Below, in pieces: positions 19,002 to 28,092 of a stretch of 64,000 nucleotides of DNA. The DNA is taken from positions 32,439-96,438 of the forward strand of contig JARGPU010000007.1 of NCBI GenBank assembly GCA_029210325.1, written 5' to 3'. Each line of letters starts with the position of its first letter. Position 1 is the first letter of the stretch. Origin of the DNA: Alcanivoracaceae bacterium. Lineage in GTDB: Bacteria; Pseudomonadota; Gammaproteobacteria; Pseudomonadales; Alcanivoracaceae. Below the pieces are notes generated by a model, which had not been told where the DNA came from, searched no databases, and was given only the letters and a program-made list of their open reading frames with translations. The position numbers and the translations under genes are program-made.

Positions 19002-20672
19002 ATGAGCATGGAAACCGTGCGCGTGCCGGATATCGGCAGCGATGATGCAGTGGACGTGATTGAAGTGCCGGTCAAGGCTGGCGACCAGCTCGACCAGGAA
19101 GCCACCATTGTGGTGCTGGAGTCGGATAAAGCTACCGTGGAAGTGCCTCTGCCGAAAGCCGGCAAGGTCAGCAAGGTGCTGGTTAAAACCGGCGACCGGG
19201 TGAAGCAGGGCGATGCGCTGCTGGAACTGGAGTTGGAAGAGGCAGCTGAGGGAGCGGCGCAGGACAAGCCGCAACAGAAACCAGCGGAAAAGCCTGAGTC
19301 TGACCGTCAGCCTGCTGAGGCAGAGAAGGTGCCGGCAGTTGCAGCCCCAGCTAGTCAAGCTACGGGCGCCGACGGTGAGCTTCGGGTTCCTGATCTGGGT
19401 GATATTGATGGCGCCGAGATTATCGAGCTGCTGATCAAGGAAGGTGATCAGGTCAGTGTTGATCAGATTATTGCGGTGCTGGAGTCGGACAAGGCCTCGG
19501 TGGAAATTCCGGCGATGGTCTCCGGTGTGCTGAGCAAACTGTCAGTCAAAGTGGGCGACAAACTGAAGACAGGCGATTTGCTCGGCCTGTTGTCCGGCGT
19601 GTCGGAAACTACAGCGGCGGCACCGGTGGCAGAAGGGCAATCGACCCCGCAGCCGTCCAGCGCACAAACCAGCGCACCAGCCACTGCACAAACTACGCCC
19701 GCTGAGCCCGTGGCAGCGCCACAGTCTGCAGTGAAAATGCCCGAGCTCTCCGTGGCTTCATCCTCGCAGCCGGTGCATGCAGGTCCCGGGGTGCGCAAGC
19801 TGGCCCGTGAGCTGGGTGTAGATTTGGCGCCGATCAAAGGCACAGGGCCACGGCAACGTATTCTTCAGGAAGATGTGCATGCCTGGGTTAAGCAGAAGCT
19901 GGCCCAGTCGCAATCGGAGGCATCGACAGGCGGCGGTGCATTGCCCGCCTTGCCGGAAATCGATTTCAGTCGATTTGGTGACATTGAGCGGGTCGAGCTG
20001 AACAAGCTGCGTAAAGTGGCCGCCACTAATCTGCACCGTAGTTGGCTAACCATTCCCCACGTTACCCAGCACGATGATGCGGACATCACCGAGTTGGAAG
20101 CATTTCGGCAAAGTGAAAATCAGCGCCTGAAAAATGAAGGCGTGAAGCTGACCATGCTCGCCTTTCTGGTACGGGCCTGCGCTGTTGCGCTGCATAAGTT
20201 CCCACGCTTTAACAGTTCGCTGACGGTGGATGGTGAAGCGCTAATCGAGAAGCGCTATGTGCATATCGGTGTGGCGGTAGAAACGGAAAATGGTTTGATG
20301 GTGCCAGTGCTGCGCGATGCAGATAAAAAAGGCATCGTGCAGATCGCCGCGGAAGTGTCCGAGTTGGCCGTCAAGGCGCGTAATCGCAAGCTCACCCCGG
20401 CAGATATGCAGGGTGGGACTTTCAGTATTTCCTCGCTGGGCGGAATTGGTGGAACCGCGTTTACGCCGATCGTGAACTGGCCTGAAGTGGCGATTCTAGG
20501 TGTCAGCAGATCGGAAATGAAACCACGCTGGAATGGCAGCGATTTTGAGCCACGGCTAATGCTGCCATTGTCGCTGTCCTATGATCATCGGGTCATTGAT
20601 GGGGCAGATGCGGCCAGGTTCATAACCTTTGTCAATCAGTTGCTGACGGATATGCGGCGGGCGCTGTTGTAG
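19002..20672 (+). CDS. aceF: dihydrolipoyllysine-residue acetyltransferase (PDH E2), two lipoyl domains
   Basis: Two lipoyl domains (VLESDKATVEVP, VLESDKASVEIP), Ala/Pro linkers, an E1/E3-binding domain (GPGVRKLARELGVDL) and the catalytic DHRVIDGA motif. ATG at 19002 follows the aceE stop. Confidence 0.93.
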   Translation: MSMETVRVPDIGSDDAVDVIEVPVKAGDQLDQEATIVVLESDKATVEVPLPKAGKVSKVLVKTGDRVKQGDALLELELEEAAEGAAQDKPQQKPAEKPESDRQPAEAEKVPAVAAPASQATGADGELRVPDLGDIDGAEIIELLIKEGDQVSVDQIIAVLESDKASVEIPAMVSGVLSKLSVKVGDKLKTGDLLGLLSGVSETTAAAPVAEGQSTPQPSSAQTSAPATAQTTPAEPVAAPQSAVKMPELSVASSSQPVHAGPGVRKLARELGVDLAPIKGTGPRQRILQEDVHAWVKQKLAQSQSEASTGGGALPALPEIDFSRFGDIERVELNKLRKVAATNLHRSWLTIPHVTQHDDADITELEAFRQSENQRLKNEGVKLTMLAFLVRACAVALHKFPRFNSSLTVDGEALIEKRYVHIGVAVETENGLMVPVLRDADKKGIVQIAAEVSELAVKARNRKLTPADMQGGTFSISSLGGIGGTAFTPIVNWPEVAILGVSRSEMKPRWNGSDFEPRLMLPLSLSYDHRVIDGADAARFITFVNQLLTDMRRALL

Positions 20673-20679
20673 CAGAACT

Positions 20680-20708
20680 GCAGGAGCGGCTACGGCGGCC
20701 GCTCCTGC
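20680..20708. terminator. GC-rich hairpin between convergent aceF and the spy-like gene
   Basis: gcaggagcggc-tacggcg-gccgctcctgc, an 11-bp perfect stem. No clear U-tract on either side. Confidence 0.35.
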
Positions 20709-20716
20709 GGTGGAGA

Positions 20717-21061
20717 TTACTGCTTCATTTTCTCGCCGCGCTTTTCCTTCATTTCGCTTTTGCGCTCTTCCCATCTTTCCTTGCGCTGTTCCTGCATGGT
20801 GGCCATCTTGGCGCGCTGCTCTTCGTTCAATACAGCATTGACACGCTCGTGGGTCTTGGTGCGCAGGTTCTCCATTTGCTCGCGGTGCTCGCTAAAGATC
20901 TTGTCCATCTGGGTTTTTTGCTGGGCAGAAAGATCCAGATTCTTTTGCATGCGCTCAAGGGCATGTTCCTGAAAGCGGTCCTGATCCGGCTGGGCGTTGG
21001 CGAATAGCGGAGTGGCGGCCAGCGGCGCGGCAATTAGCAGAGCGAGTAGTGTCTTTTTCAT
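20717..21061 (-). CDS. periplasmic Spy/CpxP-family (LTXXQ) protein
   Basis: Signal peptide MKKTLLALLIAAPLAATPLFANA. Helical, highly charged, with LSAQQ and LNEEQ LTXXQ-like motifs. Downstream of baeSR-like genes. Confidence 0.7.
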   Translation of the reverse strand: MKKTLLALLIAAPLAATPLFANAQPDQDRFQEHALERMQKNLDLSAQQKTQMDKIFSEHREQMENLRTKTHERVNAVLNEEQRAKMATMQEQRKERWEERKSEMKEKRGEKMKQ

Positions 21062-21153
21062 GGTGTGTCTCCCGAATGATTGTGTCTGTCTACCCAGACA
21101 TCATGGCGACAGAATGTGCAACGAATACGCAAGCACCGGGCAGGGATAACGGA

Positions 21154-21837
21154 TTATTCTGCTGTTTCCGGGCTGAGGCTGCCAAGCCGGTAGCCGGCGC
21201 CGTAGACTGAGTCGATAAACGGGATGCCGGGAAAGCGCTCGGCCAGTTTCTGGCGCAACTTCTTTACATGGCTGTCGATGGTGCGGTCGCTGACGATGCG
21301 GTGGTCGTCGTAGATCCGATCCATCAGTTGCTGACGTGAACGGATATAGCCCGGATGGTCGGCCAGTGCTTGCATCAGGGCAAACTCCACAGCGGTCAGG
21401 GAAAGCGTCTGTCCGGCCAGGCTGATAATCAGGCGATCCGCATCCAGCTGCAGGCCGCGCTCATCGTTGGCAGGCTGCTGCAGGCGACGCAGGATTACCT
21501 TGATGCGGGCAATGACTTCGCGGGGGCTGAAGGGCTTGCAGATATAGTCATCGGCGCCCAGTTCGAGGCCGAGCAGGCGGTCCAGTTCGTCCACTTTAGC
21601 GCTGATAATCAGAATCGGTACGTTGCTGAAGCGGCGCATTTCCTTGCATACCTCCAGCCCGTCGCCATCTGGCAGCATCAGGTCGAGCAGTACCACATCA
21701 GCGCCCTGATCGCGCAAGTGTTGCAGGCCTGCGGTGCCGCGCGGACAAACAGTTGGCGCAAAGCCGGCGTGGCGGCAATAGTCCGCTAGCAGGCTGGCCA
21801 GTTTGTCTTCATCTTCGATAATCAGTACCCGGATCAT
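21154..21837 (-). CDS. baeR: OmpR-family response regulator, BaeR-like
   Basis: Receiver domain (LLDLMLPDGDG, ISAKVDELDRLLGLELGADDYICKPFSPREVIARIKVILRR) closely parallels E. coli BaeR as I recall it. Winged-helix C-terminus. Confidence 0.75.
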   Translation of the reverse strand: MIRVLIIEDEDKLASLLADYCRHAGFAPTVCPRGTAGLQHLRDQGADVVLLDLMLPDGDGLEVCKEMRRFSNVPILIISAKVDELDRLLGLELGADDYICKPFSPREVIARIKVILRRLQQPANDERGLQLDADRLIISLAGQTLSLTAVEFALMQALADHPGYIRSRQQLMDRIYDDHRIVSDRTIDSHVKKLRQKLAERFPGIPFIDSVYGAGYRLGSLSPETAE

Positions 21838-23156
21838 GGGGATTTTCTCAGGTTGACGGTGATTTGCAGGCCGCCCAGGGGCGATGCGCTTGCGCTAATG
21901 TTGCCGCCATGGGCCTCGGCGATGCGCCGGCACAGGGCCAGACCAAGACCGGCGCCTCCCAGTTCCCGGTTGCGCGAACTCTCGACCCGGAACAGGCGCT
22001 CGAACAGCCTGTCGTGATTCTGCTCAGCAACGCCGGGCGCACTGTCGGCCAGAGTCAGTCGTGCCCCCTGAGTGGTTCTTTCCAGGACCACCTGAATCTG
22101 GCCGCCGCGGTCGGTGTACTTGATGCTGTTGTCGAGCAGGTTATCGATCAGTTGGCGCAGACGGGTGGCATCGCCTTCAATCATCAGCGGCTGTGAGTCT
22201 GCTTGCAGGGAAAGCTCCAGCGCATGATCAGCAAGGCGTCCGCTCATGGCCTGCAGGGCGTCTTCCAGTAGTGCTTTCAGGTCGAGGAGGACAAACCGGT
22301 AGCGCAGCGCACCGGCATCCGCCAGAGCGAGATCATGCAGGTCATCAAGCAGGTGCCTGAGGTGCAACACCTCCTGATGCAGCGACGCCAGACGCTGTGG
22401 GTCTGCGGCGCGGATTCCGTCAACCAGCGCCTCCAGCTCGCCCTGTAGCACCGCCACCGGGGTGCGCAGTTCATGGGAAATATCTGCCAGCCAACGCTCT
22501 CGGGCGGTGCTGGATGCGGCCAGCGAGTGGGCCAGCCGGTTCATACTGCGGATCAGGTCACCCAGCTCGTCGTCGCGCTGCTCTGGCAGGCGGGCCTGAT
22601 ACTCACCATCACTAAGCCGTCGCGCCAGTGCTGCGCTTTGCTCGATGGGCCTTAGCAATTGGCGTGACAGCAACCAGGTGCCGATCAGTGCCAGCAGCAG
22701 GGCAGGCAGGATAATGCGGATCAGAGTTTCTATCTGACTGTCGCGGAAATTGCGCGCCAGTCGGTCGCGGTGGCGGCTGGCACTGGGTACACCAACCCAA
22801 CCGACCACCTCAGCGAAGACTTCAATCGGGTATAGCACCAGTTCATCTTCTGGCAACTGAGGGCCGAACACAGGCATGCCCTCGGCATCCAGCAGGACCA
22901 GATTATCCGGCAGCTGATTGCGACCATCTTCTTCTGCCCAGATCAGCAGGCGCAGGCCAATGCCGTCAAAATCGCCCCGCTCGCTGTAGTAACCGGACAG
23001 ATCAGTGGCAATCTCTTTCAGTAATGACTGGCGGCGCTCATTGAGAAAACGGTCCAGGCCATGCTCAAAGCCGAACTGGAATAGTCCGGCCATGGTCAGC
23101 ACCAGCACAACACTGACGGACAGCAGGGTAACGAAGACACGGGTTCGCAGACGCAT
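21834..23156 (-). CDS. baeS: sensor histidine kinase, BaeS-like
   Basis: Two TM helices, HAMP, H-box WLADISHELRTPVAVLQGELEALVDGIR, N/G boxes (DNSIKYT, GGAGLGLALC). Kinase-before-regulator order as in baeSR. Confidence 0.75.
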   Translation of the reverse strand: MRLRTRVFVTLLSVSVVLVLTMAGLFQFGFEHGLDRFLNERRQSLLKEIATDLSGYYSERGDFDGIGLRLLIWAEEDGRNQLPDNLVLLDAEGMPVFGPQLPEDELVLYPIEVFAEVVGWVGVPSASRHRDRLARNFRDSQIETLIRIILPALLLALIGTWLLSRQLLRPIEQSAALARRLSDGEYQARLPEQRDDELGDLIRSMNRLAHSLAASSTARERWLADISHELRTPVAVLQGELEALVDGIRAADPQRLASLHQEVLHLRHLLDDLHDLALADAGALRYRFVLLDLKALLEDALQAMSGRLADHALELSLQADSQPLMIEGDATRLRQLIDNLLDNSIKYTDRGGQIQVVLERTTQGARLTLADSAPGVAEQNHDRLFERLFRVESSRNRELGGAGLGLALCRRIAEAHGGNISASASPLGGLQITVNLRKSP

Positions 23157-23250
23157 AGGGAGATGACATAGCTTCGATGTCTTGTATGCTAGCTGGATTC
23201 TGGTCTGATAGGGCAGCTTGCACAGTTTTTCCTTGATAGGGAGGAGCGTT

Positions 23251-23991
23251 ATGGCGCCAAGGGTTAAAGCATTCCTGCTTCATTTGGCAATCAGTGTGGC
23301 GATCATTGCAGCAGTGCTGACGCTGGTGTTTGTGTTCTGGTATCCGGCTCCGTTTTTTGATTACGAAGGTGCCTGGGGGCCAATGCGAATACTGATTTCA
23401 GTGGACCTGATCCTTGGTCCGTTGCTGACGCTACTGGTTTTCAAACCGGGCAAGCGCGGGTTGTGGCTGGATATGGCCTTCATATTTTTGCTGCAGATTA
23501 GTGCGCTTTTGTATGGTGCTTACGCGCTCTGGTCTCAGCGCCCGTTAGTGATGGCTTTTGCGGTAGATGGTTTTTATGTGGTCAACCCAAAAGACCTGGC
23601 TGAGCGGGAGCTGCCGGACTGGCTGATGGGGGAGCGTTCCTGGCAGGGACCGGCACCGGTGTTTGCCGAACTTGTCGATGATCCGGACTATCTCCTGAAA
23701 GTTATGTTAGACGGTGCCCCGGATATTCAGGCGTTGCCGAACCAGTACCGCAGGCTGGAGGAGAGGGTGCAGCTCATGGCGCCCCGGGCCTACGATCTGC
23801 AGGCACTGGCGGCACAGCACCCCGCAGTGGCGGAGGCCATAGCCGGGCTGGACCCCGGTCTGTTGGCCGAGACTATGGCGCTGCCGGTATATGGAATGCT
23901 GAAGACTGGCACGGTGCTGGCAGACCGGGAAACCGGGATGCCCCGGCATTATCTGGATTTGGACCTGCCCGCGCTGCTGCCGGAGCAGTAA
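23251..23991 (+). CDS. type IV pilin accessory protein-like (TfpY/TfpZ/FimB family)
   Basis: N-terminal pattern KAFLLHLAISVAIIAAVLTLVFVFWYPAPFF ... VDLILGPLLTLLVFKPGKRGLWLDM ... LLQISALLYGAY matches my recollection of the TfpZ/FimB accessory family. ATG at 23251 with a GGGAGG RBS. Confidence 0.5.
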   Translation: MAPRVKAFLLHLAISVAIIAAVLTLVFVFWYPAPFFDYEGAWGPMRILISVDLILGPLLTLLVFKPGKRGLWLDMAFIFLLQISALLYGAYALWSQRPLVMAFAVDGFYVVNPKDLAERELPDWLMGERSWQGPAPVFAELVDDPDYLLKVMLDGAPDIQALPNQYRRLEERVQLMAPRAYDLQALAAQHPAVAEAIAGLDPGLLAETMALPVYGMLKTGTVLADRETGMPRHYLDLDLPALLPEQ

Positions 23992-23992
23992 T

Positions 23993-24018
23993 AAAAAAAA
24001 CGGCGCCCAGAGGGCGCC
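23993..24018 (-). terminator. intrinsic terminator oriented for the minus strand
   Basis: A8 (23993-24000) + ggcgccc-aga-gggcgcc (24002-24018). On the minus strand this reads as a stem-loop followed by U8. On the plus strand there is no U-tract. Confidence 0.4.
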
Positions 24019-24176
24019 GGTAAATACTTTGCTCGGGAGAGCTTCACGGAGATGAACTCCATACCCGGCCGAAGCCGAAGTGCACAAGTGTACATAATGG
24101 AGTCACTGTGACATTCGCCGCTGAGACCGATGGGCGGTTTTTTCGGCCAACCTGACCTGAGCGGGTTGATCCGGGT

Positions 24177-24812
24177 ATGCTTGCCCTCCAATCACCCACC
24201 GGATTCGTTATGCACACTGCCGATCCCGCTCTGCGCTGGCATGTTTTTGCCCTGGCCGCCCTGATGCTGGTGCTTGGTCTGTTCCATGAGGCGCTCAACC
24301 CATGGCTGGAATACCAGCGCAGCGAGGTAGCCAATGGCCAGCTATGGCGGCTGGTCACCGGCCATCTGGTGCATATGAATCTGTGGCACATGGGCATGAA
24401 TATGACCGGCTTCCTGCTCTGCTGGCTGTTCTTCCCTGATCTGCTAACCCGGCGTCGGCTATGGTTATGGTTGGGTCTGTCGATCCCGCTGGTGAGTGCC
24501 GGCTTCTGGTTTCTGGACCCTCAGCTACAGGGCTATGTGGGGTTTTCCGGGGTACTGCATGGTTTGTTGGTGATGTGCTTGCTGACCGGCCTGTCCGGTC
24601 ATCCCAAGTTGCATGGCCTGACGTTGCTGGTGGTGATCGGCCGGCTGATCTGGGAGCAGACGCCGGGGTATAACGTGAATTATCTGGTCGATACCATTGG
24701 CGGCTCGGTGTACGTCAATGCGCACCTGTATGGCTCGTTAGTGGGGGCAGTGCTCGGGGGGATTTTCTGGTGGCAGGAAAAAAAACGAAAGATGGTCGAA
24801 GCTGGGGAGTAG
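24177..24812 (+). CDS. rrtA: rhombosortase (rhomboid-family intramembrane serine protease)
   Basis: GQLWRLVTGHLVHMNLWHMGMNM (rhomboid H-x4-H-x3-N) and GFSGVLHG (catalytic Ser followed by His, the rhombosortase-type arrangement). About 6 TM helices. 211 aa. Confidence 0.75.
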   Translation: MLALQSPTGFVMHTADPALRWHVFALAALMLVLGLFHEALNPWLEYQRSEVANGQLWRLVTGHLVHMNLWHMGMNMTGFLLCWLFFPDLLTRRRLWLWLGLSIPLVSAGFWFLDPQLQGYVGFSGVLHGLLVMCLLTGLSGHPKLHGLTLLVVIGRLIWEQTPGYNVNYLVDTIGGSVYVNAHLYGSLVGAVLGGIFWWQEKKRKMVEAGE

Positions 24813-26479
24813 CCCTGTTTGGCCTGCCATTTCTATTGGCGGGGCTGGCGGTACTGGTGGTCAGCCCACTGGATACCTTGCGGCTGCATTTTGTCAGTGG
24901 CAGCTGGGCGCAGGTACCGGCCACGCTGAATAACATTGATGTGATCAGTTCGCGGGGCTCGGACTCCACCACTTACCGAATTGCCGGCAGTTATTCCTAT
25001 ACCTTCGCCGGCAGCCATCACCAGAGCAGTCGCATCAGTTACGACACCGGCAGTGACAATATTGGCAACGATCACTACGACATTGTGTCGCGGATAAAAA
25101 GTCGTCAGCAGCGCGGCACCTTGACTGCCTGGGTTAATCCGGCGCAGCCCAATGAGTCGTTTCTGGTACGTGAACTACGCTGGAAGAAAGTTTTATTCAG
25201 TAGTGTTTTTGGCCTTGTTTTTGCCGGCATCGGTGCCTTTGTTATGGTGTCCGGGCTGCGCAAATCCAGTTCGCATGCTGTGGTAATAAACGGGGTGACG
25301 ATGGCTGCACCGGTGTATTCCAGTGAAAAGAATAGCTACTGGATATGGTGGGTGTTTGGCTCCCTGTTCCTGTTAATGCCGTTGCCGGCATTGATCGATT
25401 TACCGGCGGAGCTGGGCAAGGAAAACTACCTGATTCTGCTGGTACTGCTTTTCCCTCTGGTGGGAGGTTGGTTGATCTGGCTGGGTATTCGTACTTTTCG
25501 TAGCTGGCGTCACTACGGTCCGCTACCGGTGCAGATGGATCCAGCCCCGGGGCAGATCGGGGGCGATGTCGGTGGCACTATTGAACTGCGTGAACCATGG
25601 CGTATGGAAAACCCCTACCGACTGACGCTGCAGTGCCTGCGCTCCAAAGTGACCGGCAGCGGCAAGAATCGTAGCCGTAGTGAGTCGCTGGTATGGCAGC
25701 AGGAGCTGGTGCCATTTGCCGAGGCCAGCGCCGCCGGCACCCTGCTGCAGTTTGTCTTTACCCCGCCGGAGCATTTGCCGGAAAGCGAGGCGGTCAGCAA
25801 TGACTACCACCTGTGGCGCTTGTTGCTGTGCGGGCCAGGCAAGCCGATCAAACTGGAGCGAACCTATAACTTGCCAGTGGCAAAAGGAACGGTTCGTTCG
25901 CGGGTGGACATTCCCACCCGGCATATTGAGCAGCAAAGTACTCAGGCCAGAATTCGCGCGCTGGAAGCTGCCGATAGTCAGATCCAGTTGACCCAGCTGG
26001 GTGACGGGATGCGCCTGCATTCACCGTTTGGCTTGCATCTGGGGATGAAGGTGACGCTGTTGGTGGCCGGTATTGTGTTTGCCGCAGCGGCTGCTTTTTT
26101 GACCCATACCGCCATGCAGGAGGGCGGCATGCTCTGGTTTATGGCGCTGGTGTTCTCCCTGTTCGGTTACCCGATGATGTTGGGCGGCCTGTTTACGGTG
26201 GGCCGCTCGCTGACCACTGAGATTCGTGCCGGGCAAATACGCACCGTGCGCCGCTGGTTTGGCATACCGCTATGGCGTCGCCAGATGGAGCTGTTGCGGG
26301 CCGACCAGTTGAAGCTGGCGCAAGGGGTAAAGAGCAACAATGGTCGCCGTCATACTGAGTACCTGCATCTGGTGGCAGAGGATCAGGGCCGCAAGATACG
26401 CCTGGCGGAGGATATCAGCGGCCGGGAGGCAGCTGAGGCGCTACGCGACAGCTTGATACGCCTGCTGGGGCTGCACTGA
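24770..26479 (+). CDS. DUF3592-like multi-module membrane protein
   Basis: The N-terminal TM / beta-rich ~130 aa / TM unit (WGVALFGLPFLLAGLAVLVV ... VFGLVFAGIGAFVMV) is the DUF3592 layout. Two further TM pairs and soluble modules follow. GTG start lies 43 nt inside rrtA. Confidence 0.5.
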   Translation: MAGKKTKDGRSWGVALFGLPFLLAGLAVLVVSPLDTLRLHFVSGSWAQVPATLNNIDVISSRGSDSTTYRIAGSYSYTFAGSHHQSSRISYDTGSDNIGNDHYDIVSRIKSRQQRGTLTAWVNPAQPNESFLVRELRWKKVLFSSVFGLVFAGIGAFVMVSGLRKSSSHAVVINGVTMAAPVYSSEKNSYWIWWVFGSLFLLMPLPALIDLPAELGKENYLILLVLLFPLVGGWLIWLGIRTFRSWRHYGPLPVQMDPAPGQIGGDVGGTIELREPWRMENPYRLTLQCLRSKVTGSGKNRSRSESLVWQQELVPFAEASAAGTLLQFVFTPPEHLPESEAVSNDYHLWRLLLCGPGKPIKLERTYNLPVAKGTVRSRVDIPTRHIEQQSTQARIRALEAADSQIQLTQLGDGMRLHSPFGLHLGMKVTLLVAGIVFAAAAAFLTHTAMQEGGMLWFMALVFSLFGYPMMLGGLFTVGRSLTTEIRAGQIRTVRRWFGIPLWRRQMELLRADQLKLAQGVKSNNGRRHTEYLHLVAEDQGRKIRLAEDISGREAAEALRDSLIRLLGLH

Positions 26480-26541
26480 TTCTGCTAGACTTGGCCGATT
26501 AGCTGGCGGCCACGGGGCCACCGCAGTATTCCGGAGAACCC

Positions 26542-28089
26542 ATGAGCAAAGATCGCCTGATCATTTTTGATACCACCCTGCGCGACGGCGAGCAGAGCCC
26601 CGGCGCAACCATGGATCGTGACGAGAAACTGCGCATTGCCTGGGCGCTTGAGCGCCTCAAGGTGGATGTCATTGAGGCCGGTTTTGCCATCGCCAGTCAG
26701 GGTGACTTCGAGTCGGTCAAGGCGATTGCCGAAACCATCAAGGACTCCACCGTGTGTTCGCTGGCGCGGGCCAAGGACGCCGACATCGACCGTGCTGGCG
26801 AAGCCCTGAAAAATGCCGCCAGTGGTCGCATCCATACCTTTATTGCCACCAGCCCGATCCATATGCAGCACAAGCTGCGCATGCAGCCAGACGATGTGGT
26901 GGAAGCGGCGGTAAAGGCGGTGAAATATGCCCGCAATCTGTGTGGCGATGTGGAGTTTTCCTGCGAAGATGCGGGCCGTTCAGAGATCGACTTCCTGTGT
27001 CGCATTATCGAAAAGGTGATCGACGCCGGTGCCCGCACCATCAATATTCCTGACACCGTTGGCTACGCCATTCCAGAACAATTCGGCCACACCATTAGCC
27101 AGCTGATTGAGCGCATTCCCAACAGTCACAAGGCGGTGTTTTCCGTGCATTGCCATAATGATCTTGGTTTGGCCGTGGCCAACTCACTGGCAGCGGTACT
27201 TAACGGTGCCCGGCAGGTGGAGTGCACCATCAATGGTTTGGGCGAGCGTGCCGGTAATGCCTCGCTGGAAGAAGTTGTCATGGCGGTGCGCACCCGCGGC
27301 GATCTATTCCCGGTGGAAACCCGTATCGATACCACGGGTATCGTCCCGGCGTCGCGACTGGTGTCCACCATTACCGGTTTTCCGGTGCAGCCAAACAAGG
27401 CCATTGTCGGTGCCAATGCCTTCGCCCATGAATCCGGCATCCACCAGGATGGCGTGCTCAAACACCGCGAAACCTACGAAATCATGCGCGCCGAAGATGT
27501 GGGCTGGAACACCAATCGGATGGTACTGGGCAAGCACTCCGGTCGTGCCGCGTTTCGCGCCCGACTGGAAGAGCTTGGTATCAGCTTCGATACCAACGAA
27601 GCACTTAACGATACCTTTCAGCGCTTCAAGGATCTGGCCGATAAAAAGCACGAAGTGTTTGATGAGGATTTGCAGGCGCTGGTCAGTGATGTGAAAAAAG
27701 CGGCGGAAGACGAGCGCTATAAACTGGTGTTGTTGGACGTCGCCTCAAAGACCGGTGAAACGCCGGAAGCACGAGTGGTGCTAAATGTGGATGGCCGCGA
27801 AGTGGAAGCCAGCTGCGAAGGGGCGGGCCCGGTGGATGCCGCCTTCCGCGCCATTGAGCAAATTGCGCAAAGCGACTCCATGTTGCAGCTGTACTCGGTC
27901 AATGCCATTACCTCCGGCACTGACAGTCAGGGTGAAGTCACCGTACGGTTGGAGCGCGGCGGACGCATCGTTAACGGGCATGGCGCCGACACGGACATTA
28001 TTACCGCCTCGGCGAAAGCCTACCTGGATGCCTTGAACCATATTGCGGCGGGCGTGCCACGGGCCCACCCGCAGGCAGCGGATGTCTGA
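26542..28089 (+). CDS. leuA: 2-isopropylmalate synthase
   Basis: [14 protein letters not shown] and [16 protein letters not shown] motifs, plus the C-terminal LeuA dimerisation/regulatory domain. Confidence 0.95.
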   Translation: MSKDRLIIFDTTLRDGEQSPGATMDRDEKLRIAWALERLKVDVIEAGFAIASQGDFESVKAIAETIKDSTVCSLARAKDADIDRAGEALKNAASGRIHTFIATSPIHMQHKLRMQPDDVVEAAVKAVKYARNLCGDVEFSCEDAGRSEIDFLCRIIEKVIDAGARTINIPDTVGYAIPEQFGHTISQLIERIPNSHKAVFSVHCHNDLGLAVANSLAAVLNGARQVECTINGLGERAGNASLEEVVMAVRTRGDLFPVETRIDTTGIVPASRLVSTITGFPVQPNKAIVGANAFAHESGIHQDGVLKHRETYEIMRAEDVGWNTNRMVLGKHSGRAAFRARLEELGISFDTNEALNDTFQRFKDLADKKHEVFDEDLQALVSDVKKAAEDERYKLVLLDVASKTGETPEARVVLNVDGREVEASCEGAGPVDAAFRAIEQIAQSDSMLQLYSVNAITSGTDSQGEVTVRLERGGRIVNGHGADTDIITASAKAYLDALNHIAAGVPRAHPQAADV

Positions 28090-28092
28090 TTA

